This document shows, piece by piece, positions 1 through 9,253 of a DNA stretch of 64,000 bases. The translations under genes were made by a program, and so were the position numbers. Positions within the stretch are counted from its first letter, which is position 1; each line of letters begins with the position of its first letter. Below the pieces are notes generated by a model that saw only the letters and a program-made list of their open reading frames with translations, made no database searches and had not been told where the DNA came from. This DNA is from Pelagomonas calceolata (taxonomy: Eukaryota). The DNA lies in assembly GCA_918797485.1 (NCBI GenBank), contig CAKKNE010000002.1:3782001-3846000 (forward strand). The letters run 5' to 3'.

Positions 1-376
1 GACCACGAGCGACAGCTGCTGCCGCGCCTCGAAGGTCCAGCGCGCCGCCGCCGCCGCCGGGGGGGGCGGCGGCGCCGGCGCCGGCGGCGGCGCCGGCGGC
101 TGCGGCGGCGCGGCGTCGCTGGGCGGCGGAAAAAATGCATTGATCTCCTCGGGGGTTCGTGGGTTGCGCGGCAGGGGTATCTTCCTTGACGTCGGCGGCT
201 GCGGCGCCGCGTCGTCGGGGGTTTCTAGCTTGGGCATCGGTGGGCGCTCCATTCCGTCGGCTCTTTTTTAATTTCTCTTTCTGTGACTGCGGTCTCGCCT
301 TTTTAGGAGAGGCCTGGATTTTTTGCGCGCGAGGAGGCTCTGCTTTTTTTCTATGGTATACCCGCTGACAGAGCTG
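1..376 (-). CDS. Partial Pro/Lys-rich hypothetical protein running off the left edge; no in-frame start seen before the transposon TIR
   Basis: Minus-strand frame open from 376 leftwards (QLCQRVYHRKKAEPPRAQKIQ...EINAFFPPPSDAAPPQPPAPPP...). An alternative ATG in another frame near 252 is possible. Confidence 0.35.
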
Positions 377-477
377 CACTACGGCCGACTAGTGGGATTT
401 GACAAAGTTGACTTTTTGTTTGGTTGACTTTATTAGATGTAGAGACTGGTCGTTTGCTGGTATCAGTTAACTGGACG

Positions 478-2117
478 ATGGCCGCAAATACGCTGCCCCC
501 GGGCAGGCTGAAGTACCTGGAGGGCCTCGCGCCGGACCAGGCCACCTTCCAGAAGTACGTCGAGGATGAGGCGCGCTCGCGCGGCTGGGTAAAGCCCACC
601 GAGCTGCTGCCCCGCGCCGCGCGGTCGCGCCGCGCGCCGCCGCCGTCCCCGGACCCCGCCCCCAAGAAACAGGGGCTGAAGAGGCGCCGCGAGACGTGGG
701 AAAAGCTGCCCTCGTCGTCCCAGAAGCGCTCGCGCGGCGACGGCGCGGCGCGGCCGCGGGTCCTTCAGACCATAACAAACCGCGCCCCGCAGTCCCTGGA
801 CAGCGTCGTCGTCGCCTGCGACGACGAGCGCGTCGAGGGCACCGCCATTGCCGTCGTCGGCGACACTGTGCAGGTCCAGCCGTTCGCGCAGGGCTCGGAA
901 CCGCTCGTCGTGAAGAAGGAGGAGACCGCCGTCACGGTGGCGCGCGCTCCCGAGGCGCTCGAGGACGTCCTCGCCGCGCGACGGACGCCGTTCTTCGCCC
1001 CGAAGGTCGGACCCATCTTCTCGGGCGACTCGCTGTTGCTCAAGGACGGCAGCATGGTCGTCTTCCTGCAGCCCTCGTCGTCCTCAAGGATCGAGGTCTT
1101 GGAGCTCTACAAGATCGACGCGTTGCCCAAACACATCAACAGGTCGACTGCGTCCACCTGCGATGTCGTCCTCTCGTCGACTTCTAGAGAGGTCTCGGTG
1201 ACCTCCGTCGTGGGGCCTGTGTGGGTCGTGTCGCAGGACAAGGCCAGAAGTGGTGCCTACGACGGCCTCGCGCGAGTCTACACCCTCGACCAGTGGTTTG
1301 ATGGTACGTCGCCGGCGCTGCGACCGCTTCCAGAGCGCTGCGTCGCGTCGCTGATCGACGACAGGCCGTCGACGATGAGCGGCTTGTGGGACTTGTTAAA
1401 CGTGCGCGTCGCCGTTGCTGATGCCGTCGGCGAGCTCCTCCGCGGGAAAAAAAAAGCGGGCGCCGTTACGACGTGCGTTTCGAAGTTGTGGCGCTGGGCC
1501 TACCTCCGCGCGTCGGGCATGTGGATCGGAAGTTCACGGCGAAGCGCGTCGTGGCGCGCGGGCGGCCAGGCGGCGCCGACGTGACGCGCCTCCAGTTCTA
1601 CCGTTTCGAGCGGTTCTCGCTTAGCGGCGATGACGTGGTGCGCCTGGAGAGCGAGTTCCGGATCTTGGCGCGGCGACGCGGTCTACGAGTACCCCTAAAA
1701 GGCGGCTTCAAGGAGACGAGGGTGCCGACGACGCTGGACGAGTTCAGCAAGCTCGTGCGGGTGACGTGCACTTACAACGTCGACACCGGCGAATTGAAGC
1801 TCAACGCCCGCTTCGAGGTCAAGTCGCCCGCCGAGGCCGGTGCCACGAACGCACAGATCTGACGGCGCCGTCGCCGTTGCCACCGCCGGAGACGGCCGTC
1901 GAGCCGTCGCGCCCGTCGAAGACGCGCGTCCGCGACGGTCGTCGCGGAGTTGCAGATGAAACAGTTCGAGCTCGACGGCGTCGTTTACACTATCACGGCG
2001 GCGACGGCGGCGTCGTGCGAGTTTAGGGAGGCCTACCCGGTCGCCGGCGCGGACGTGCCGACGCTCACGCGTCCAACGTCTGAAGTCCATGCACTCGTCG
2101 CAGCCTACGAAGAGTAA
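478..2117 (+). CDS. Transposon accessory protein with putative BAH-like domain (frameshifted)
   Basis: ORF from ATG 478 to ~1500, continuing in ORF 1473-1862, then ...MKQFELDGVVYTIT... and ...SEVHALVAAYEE* (TAA 2115-2117). Segment GDSLLL...IEVLELYK...DVVLSSTSREVSVTSVVGPVWV...YTLDQWFD resembles the BAH pattern. Confidence 0.5.
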
Positions 2118-2125
2118 GTCACAAT

Positions 2126-5100
2126 TTACCAGTCTATCACGCGCTTCTGCTTCCAGCCGATGACCTTGAGCTCGCCGGGCTTGACCAGGCCTGTGAGCCA
2201 CATCATCCGCCGCTGCATCCACTTGCCCAGCGCGGCGACGCGCGTCGCCCGCGTCGCCTCGTGGCCGCAGTGGCCGCCGCGCTGCGTCCGCGTGAGGAAG
2301 AAGCGCTTGATCAAGTGGTTCACGCTCTCGAAGCCCTGGTTCGAGTAGCGGTACAAGTTCCGGTACTTTCGCAAATAAGCAGTAATGTGGCCCGAGCCGA
2401 TGTGGAAGTGTTCGTGAGGCCTTCGCCGTGAAAGTCGTCAGTAGCCGATGGTAGGTCTCCTGGGCGAGGTCGTCGGCTTTGGCAATCTCGACGTCCGTGA
2501 GATCTTCTCGTTTTCGATATAGCACCATCAATTCCTCGTAGCCGCGGACGAGGTCGAGGACGACCCGCCGCTTGGCGTCGTCCGGGAAGCACGCGCCGAT
2601 GAGCCGTGCCGACGTTAGCAAAGATCTTCCGGGCGCGGCCGCAATTCAACGGATGGCCTCGACGGAATCTTCGTCCTTGGAGAGCGGCGCCGTCCACTTG
2701 CCCTCGCGGCCGTTCGGGCAGCCGAAGCCTTTCGTTCTAATCGCCCTCCAGCGGCCGCAGCTTCGCCAGGGCCACGCTCTTCTCGTAGATCAAATAAATT
2801 GTTGAGGATGAGCCGCAACGAGCGCTCGCGCGTCCGGTTTTCTAAATGCAAGACGCACGGGACCATATGCTCGACCAGGGAGATGAGCGCATCAGAATTT
2901 GGCGTGGCGTGTTCTAATTGCGCTTGAAGTTCGTAATATTGGTCAACCAATTTCAGGCGCGTCTTCTCGACGCGCGAACCGAGGTTGCCCGTCACCGCCA
3001 GGCCGAAATCAACAAGACAATCGTTCACGACCAGCGAAAATTGCGTTTTTTGTGCTGGGGTCGCAGTTCGACAGTCGAACTTTGCGTAAAACCCGTTTTG
3101 GTTGGGGTTTTCCAATTCCAAGCAATGCTGACCGCAATAAGCAGCGAAGCGCGCGTGCAAGTGGGCCGAGGTGCCGCCCGCATCGAGCCCAGCCTCCGCG
3201 GCGAGCTCGCGCAGCTGCGCCGCACTTAAAGTCTTGGCCTCGCGCATGTAGCGGTAGGCTGGGGGCAGCTCCCTCTGAGCTCCGTGAGCGCAGCGGCAGC
3301 CGTAGCGCGCCACTCGTCTACGGCAGCCGGCGTCGACATCTCCGCGTGGTAGCACACTAACCGACCCGCTGCTCTGCAGACGTCGCAAAGGTCGTCAACT
3401 ACCTTGGGCGTCGTCATCTGCCTGTTGGTCTGCGCGCAACAATAACACGGCCGCGCGTTCTCCGACGTCCCAGTCGCGAAGCCCTTCTTCGACACCGTCT
3501 GGAGGTTGGCCATGTCGCCCGAGCAGACGTAATCAACGTGAACGGCGCGGCCCTCTGCCTCTGACTGGTAGACACCATCGGTTTGCGCCGTCGCCGCTGT
3601 ACTGAAGTGATCCGTCACGTCGTCTAAAGCTTCGTACAGGGGCGGCTCTCGTGGCCAACGGCTAACGTAGTAATATGAACCCGATCAGGCGACTGGAAGT
3701 CGGTGATAGGCTTGCCAGTGATCGGTCGACCGCGCGGCTGTCGTTGACGTGGATCCCTTGCATCGTAAAGTCGTCGCTTTTCGTGATGTTGCTGCCGTCT
3801 TGCGTGCCTCTGATCCTCCGCGGATCCGCGGACTGCGTCCAGTCTCAAGGGCCGCGCTACTGCTTTCCGATGACGTCGAGGACCGCGCCCGTCGCAATGC
3901 CGACCGCCTCGTAAGTGCCGTCGCCCGCGGACGTTTCGTAACCGAAACCTTGTGGCCATCAGCAGCAACCTCTCGACCAGCTTGGCTGTTTCCTGGAGCG
4001 CGAACTTCGTGGGGAATAACAGCATCACGTGCTTGCCCAACGTCTCCCCGAGCGCAACGAGAGCCGCCCGCTCTCTGGCCCGCATGGCCTCGCTCGCAGC
4101 GTAGTTCCCCGTCATCTCCACGTCCATGGTCTTCAGTAGTTCGGCTGGAGAGAAAATCTCCTGGAGGCGCCGGTACTCCGCGCACGCAAAGTGAGCTCGC
4201 ACGAGGCCAATCTCCCCCCGCCCGCGAGAGTGTTGACACCACGCGTAGTCGGCTAGGAGACGCAGACACTTCTGTTGCTTTCTTTTGAGCGTACCACCAC
4301 AAATTCTACTGAGAAAGTCGCCGACGGCGTGGACCACGGGCCACAACGACTCGCCTTCGAAGTCCGAATCCGGCGGCGGCTCCTCCGGTAAATACGCAAC
4401 ACGAGAACCCAGCCAGGCGCCTCGAAGCCGTCGAAGGCCATAAAGCTCGAGGTTGAGCTGGCTTTGTTTCTTTTTCAAATCGGCGACTTCAGTTCTCTGC
4501 GCGTCGAGTTGCCGCTGCAACTCGCGCGTGTTTGTCCGGAACCCCTCCTCCAATCGCCGCCGCTCCTCGTCTAGCCGCGCCGCCGCGCGTCGCTCACAGT
4601 CTATTTTCCATAGTTCTTTCTCTTGTGAAAATTTGGCTCTAAGGCGATCAACGTCGCGCCGTCGTGCCGCTCTCTCCGCGGAGAGCGCGTTCGCCTCGCG
4701 GTCCAGAGAGAGAAGCATAAGTCTTGCCGAGTCGGTGGCGCTCCTCGCGAAGACTGCGTCCTGTCTGTCGCGTAGCTCCGCGTGGGCCGCGACGGCCGCC
4801 GCGCGCGCGCGGCTTCCGCGCGGTCGCACGCCGCGAGCGCGTCTTCGGCGCGCTGCTCTAGGGCCATTAAATCTCGTCGTGTCACGGGCCGTGGTACTGG
4901 CGCGACTTCGTCGAGGTCGACCACGTCTTCGTCCGGCACGAGCAGCTCAGCATCATCAACCGGATCCACGCGCGTGACCTTCTCGCCGGGCGTCGTGTAC
5001 ATCCTAGGCCGCGCGGACGTCGGGCGCTTCTCGCCGGACCGCGCCGTCGTCTTCGACGGCTTGCGCGGCGCTCGGGGCGGCTGCTTCCTCTTGCACTGGA

Positions 5101-5428
5101 ACTTCTCCTCTGGTCGCGGGAACGGCGGCTCGACGCCATCGGGGTACTCCTCGAGCGCGCGCGCGCGGTTCTGCACGGCTGGCAAGAAGTAGATGCACCG
5201 CGGCTCCTTATCAATTTCGTACGACTTCCGCCAGTACCGACCCTCGGCATCAAAGGTCACCCTTGTCCTCGCGGTGGGACCGAGCGCCGCGTTGAGCGCG
5301 GCGCGCGTCGCCACGCCGTCCATCTCCATGAGGAGCTCGTCGTCGCTGAGGAAGACGTCCCCCTCCGGCATTGGCAGGGCGTCGAAGATGTGCTGATCGT
5401 CCGCCGCGGGCTTCCACACCCGCGGCAT
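2126..5428 (-). CDS. RAG1/Transib-family DDE transposase (multiple frameshifts; pseudogene or assembly indels)
   Basis: Stitched ORFs give, in order: IRGTQDGS (D, 3797-3799), QSPDRVHITTLAVGHES, CSGDM (D, 3514-3516), CYCC, PCVLHLENR, LNCGRARKIF, GLTN-FHIGSGH and YSNQGFESVN (E, 2327-2329). These parallel RAG1 SCDG, GYDE, CxxC, DALH, MNGNFARKL, TNYFHKTLAH and SEGNESGN. Confidence 0.8.
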
Positions 5429-5731
5429 CGTGGCAGCACCAACGTTCTCGGGCTGTGAACAAGTTATTAAAACTTGATTAGAGTATGCTGCGCAGCAGCT
5501 GCGTGTGGGCTGCCTCCCCCAATCAAGTTTTAATGCGATGCAGCTGGACCGAGATCGCAGCGCTTTTAGCAGCGCCGCTGGGCGCTCAGCTACCCCCTGG
5601 TTTTCCTACAAGTTACTGCAATACATAATGTAACTAGGGGGGCTTGGTATCCTACCAGTAGGCCGTAGTGGTTACTTATGGTACTACCCCCCCACAGACC
5701 CGCACTAAGGGACAACAGGACACGTTAATAA

Positions 5732-7195
5732 TCACCCCGCGTACGGTACGAGCGGGAGACCCGCTGCGCGCCACGCGTGGATGCCTCCGGTCACGTTGAC
5801 GGCGCGCGCAAATCCCGCGGCGCGCAGCACCGCTACGGCCGAGGCGGAGCGATTGCCCGACCGGCACCCGACGTAGATCTCCTCGCCCCGTCGGAACTCG
5901 AGTTCGACGTCCTCGAGGAAGTCCGCGGGCGAGACGGGCTCGCGGTCGCCGTTGTGAGGGAAGGGAATGTTGACCGAGCCCTCCACCACGTCCTCGGCGA
6001 CGAACTCCATCTCGCTGCGGCAGTCGAGGTACCGGGCGCCCCCGGCTTCCAGCGCGCGCTGGGCACTCGCGCACGTCGCTTCCGGTGGCGCCAGCTCCGG
6101 TGGCTCTGTCGCCTCCGGCGGCGCCGGGGCCTCGCGCGCCTCGAGCGCCCGCGCGAGGCCGTCGACGTCCTCGACCGACCGCACGCCCACCGACACCCGC
6201 GCGAGCGGCCGGGCCAGGGCGTCGCGGAGGGCCCACGCCTCCAGGCGCTCGCCGTCGCGGAGCGGCGCCGCGGCCGCCGCGCAGCGCGCGGCCGCGTCGC
6301 GCGCGGCCAGGTCCGCGTTCGCGCGGACGGCCCGGCCGTAGGCCTCGAAGTAGCCCTGGAGCACGTCGGCCGAGGCCTCGTCGAGGGCCTCGAACTTGGC
6401 GTGGAGGAGCGGCACGAGCTGCGTCGCGATCTCGTGCTCCCACCGCTCGAACGAGTCGAACTGCGCCAGCGACGCGTTCAGGTCGCCGACGAGCTGCCGG
6501 ACCCAGGCGCAGCCCTCGACGACGTCGGCGTCGGCGCCGGCGGGCGCCTCGAAGTGCGCCAGCGCCCGCTGCGACGCCGGGACGTAGCCCGCGAGGTCCG
6601 CCGCGCCCGCGGCCGGCGACGCGAAAACGCCGCCCGTCGCCAGGTTCCGGAGCGGCGCGCAGCCCAGGAGCTCGACGCCGCGCGCGGCGAGCGCGGCCTG
6701 GCTCGCGCGGAGCGCCGCCGCGTCCGCCGGCGTCGTCGGCAGGCGCAGCGGCCCGTCGAGCGCCGCGTCCCACCAGTCGTGCTCCACCGCGCCCGCGTCG
6801 CGGCTTGAGACGCCCACCGCCCGCGCGCCGCCGGTGGCGCGCACCGCCGCGGCCGCCGCCTCGACGACGCGCCGCCGCTCGTCGCGCGGGACCTCCTCGG
6901 GCCCGTGCAGCAGCGCCGCGTCGAGCGGCCGCCCCAGGAGTTCGGCGCACCGCTCGACCTCGGCCGCGACGCGGTCGGCGGCGAGCGAGTGCGCGATCCG
7001 ACCGTCCTGCGCGGCGAAGTAGCCCACGCGCGCGACGACGCGCGCGCTCGCGTCCGCCTTCGCGAACGCGGCCGCGGCGGCCCAGCAGCGCGCCGCCGGG
7101 CCGGGCAGGTCGAGCACCCGCGCGAGGCCCTTCGCCGCGGCACGGTCCAGGATCTCCGTGCCCGCGACGCGGGCGCAGTTGAGGGCCAGCTTCAT
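5732..7195 (-). CDS. Degenerate aldo-keto-reductase-like region fused to a C-terminal rhodanese domain
   Basis: C-terminal YLDCRSEMEF...GSVNIP...VGCRSGNRS...VTGGIHAWRAAGLP (rhodanese with active-site Cys). N-terminal LDAALLHGPE...AVGVSS resembles AKR. Confidence 0.7.
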   Translation of the reverse strand: MKLALNCARVAGTEILDRAAAKGLARVLDLPGPAARCWAAAAAFAKADASARVVARVGYFAAQDGRIAHSLAADRVAAEVERCAELLGRPLDAALLHGPEEVPRDERRRVVEAAAAAVRATGGARAVGVSSRDAGAVEHDWWDAALDGPLRLPTTPADAAALRASQAALAARGVELLGCAPLRNLATGGVFASPAAGAADLAGYVPASQRALAHFEAPAGADADVVEGCAWVRQLVGDLNASLAQFDSFERWEHEIATQLVPLLHAKFEALDEASADVLQGYFEAYGRAVRANADLAARDAAARCAAAAAPLRDGERLEAWALRDALARPLARVSVGVRSVEDVDGLARALEAREAPAPPEATEPPELAPPEATCASAQRALEAGGARYLDCRSEMEFVAEDVVEGSVNIPFPHNGDREPVSPADFLEDVELEFRRGEEIYVGCRSGNRSASAVAVLRAAGFARAVNVTGGIHAWRAAGLPLVPYAG

Positions 7196-7720
7196 AGTTA
7201 TGACTGCCGCGTGCACCGACGCCGGATGGCTTTTTTAGTAGCTTGTTATGACTCCTCGTTGCTGATGCAAGCAGCAATACTCAAACGCTGCCTCGTAAAC
7301 GCTGTCGACTTCGCGACTTCGAATCCGTGAAAACGGTACGGCCCGGGCTCGATGTAAGATGCCGAGGTCTAGGCCTAGTTTCTTTAGACCGCTAGCTCTA
7401 TCTCTTGACGGCGGACGGATAGCCCATCGAACAGGCCAAGGCACGTCACTGCTCGCAAACCGGCCGGCCTCTGCTCGGAGCGAAACCTCGCACCGTTCGT
7501 GTCTGGGTTCTCGGGGGTTGGGGCGCCCGGTGAAACAACACCCGGCTCTGTCGCCAATCCCTACAAGACACAGTGGCGAAGCGCTCGGGGTCCGGTCTAC
7601 CTGGGGGTTCAATAAGCGACTCTCTCTTTCTAAGCGCTAGGACGCCACTCTATGGACTAGTCCTAGCACCGTAACAGATAATCAACGACCGGAGATGGCA
7701 AAAACAAAGCCTTAAGCCCC

Positions 7721-8591
7721 CTAAGCCTCTTCGTCCATCTTGTCGGCGCGGCGCTCCGCCCGCCGGTTGTACACCGGGCAGCCCGGCACACAGCGGCAGC
7801 AGCACCAGAGCAAGCAGGTGCAGAACAGGACGAAGGCGAGGCAGACGGAGACGACGGCGTTGATGTTCAGTTCGAGGCAGTCCCCCCTCTTCTCGGCGCA
7901 GCACCGCCTGCGGGGCGCCGCGTCGGGTCGGCGGCGCGGGGAAGGGGACGCGGCGGCGGCACTCCTCGAAGCACCCCTTGGCGTCCTTGCGATCGCGCCA
8001 CTGAGACTGGTCCGGGTATTCTCGCTCGAGCGTCGCCTCATCCTTTTCCCAGACCCCGACGGCGCCCGACCAGCGGAAGGGGAAGTTTCTGTATTCCTTC
8101 ATTTCCCAGAGCCGCTTGGTGCTGTTCCAGGACGCCCCCTCCGTCTTTTCCAGGACGTCCTCTCCGTCGTCTTGCTCAGAATAGTTCAGGAGGTAGATGT
8201 CCGAGCCCGCGACATGGTATGCTTTTTGCGTGCCGTCAACGCCGCGGACGACGGTCAGCACGTTGCCGTCGGTCGAGGTCACTTTGAGGACCTCGTCGTC
8301 GATCAAGATGTATTTGCAGACCGAGGCACAGAAGGCTGCAGCATTGTCCACCAATACTTCCGTGTCCTTCGGAAGGAGAGCTACTGGTTCTCCGTCCTCG
8401 TCCACGTTCGAAAGCGTCGTCACCTTACCGGTTTTGCTGTACTCGTCGGGGGCCTTCTGCTCGCCCTGTTCGCAGATCCGGCAGTCGTCGTTGTACTGGT
8501 CCCCCTTGGCCCCGAGATACTTTTCAGGCCAATCCGCCGCGCGAGCCGTCGCGGCGACGAGCGCGCAGACGAGCGGGCCGCGGCATCTCAT
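7721..8591 (-). CDS. Single-pass membrane protein with signal peptide; one 55-bp intron (7908-7962)
   Basis: Signal-like start MRCRGPLVCALVAATARA. Removing a GT...CAG intron joins GCFEE to RCCAEKRGDC, followed by a hydrophobic Cys-rich TM segment. Confidence 0.65.
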
Positions 8592-8766
8592 GGCGGCCGT
8601 CGTAGGGCCGGGGCCCGTCTCGCTTGGGAGGAAGGCTGCCCCGGGCGGGCGGCGGGTCCGAATCGCGCCCCGCTGTATCGCACCCGGCCGCGCGCGGCTC
8701 TGTGCTGCGACAGCGTCGAATGAATCGAAGCGGCAACGTGCCGGGTTTAGTCGCAAGGCAGCGCGA

Positions 8767-9169
8767 TATTGTACCTGACCATATTATTTATTAAAAATAT
8801 TATTCGAATATTATTTAATATTATTCGATATTATTTAACAGGCATAATAGTAAAAAAAATGGTACTCCTCCTAAAAACCGCGCGCGCGGGGCACCCCCCC
8901 CCTCGGGCCGACCCCCCGCGACGGCCCATTACCGCACTCACCGGGTGTCCCCCGCCCCGTGCACCCCTCGGCGACGTGCCTGGGGCCAAAGGCAGCCCCA
9001 GACGCCAGTATTTTCCCAATTCAGCCCGTTTTACCAAAATTACCCGCACCATAAAATAATTTTTTTAAATTATCCTTAATTAATAAAATACAAATAATAT
9101 TGATAAAATATAAATAATATAATATAATTCGAATTGAATTTTGAAAAATATGGTATTATAGGTACAATA
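8767..9169. mobile_element. Non-autonomous hAT-like MITE, 403 bp
   Basis: TIR TATTGTACCT...AGGTACAATA, AT-rich arms around a GC-rich core, perfect 8-bp TSD CAGCGCGA (8759-8766 and 9170-9177). Confidence 0.85.
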
Positions 9170-9253
9170 CAGCGCGAAAGCCAGTGCCCCCCGCGCACCG
9201 CGACCGCCGACGGCGCGGCGCGGGACTACGAGTACTACGAGTCGCGACCCGGC

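Larger units (their letters stand above)
377..5670. mobile_element. RAG1/Transib-like DNA transposon with two convergent genes
   Basis: Left end CACTACGGCCGACTAGTGGGAT (377-398) versus reverse complement of right end CACTACGGCCTACTGGTAGGAT (5649-5670), 19/22 identical. Encloses a DDE transposase (-) and a second gene (+). No TSD visible (AGCTG vs GTTAC). Confidence 0.8.

Noticed and set aside
377..420. True 12/23 RSS (heptamer-spacer-nonamer) in the transposon ends
   Set aside because: Only the CAC start is shared. No ACAAAAACC-like nonamer at 12 or 23 bp spacing at either end.
478..2117. RAG2-like identity of the partner gene
   Set aside because: No kelch GG repeats or PHD Cys/His pattern visible.
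7380..7640. Structured ncRNA or ribozyme in the intergenic region
   Set aside because: Some hairpins (TCGCCA...TGGCGA), but no match I could support to HDV, hammerhead, SRP, RNase P/MRP or snRNA motifs.
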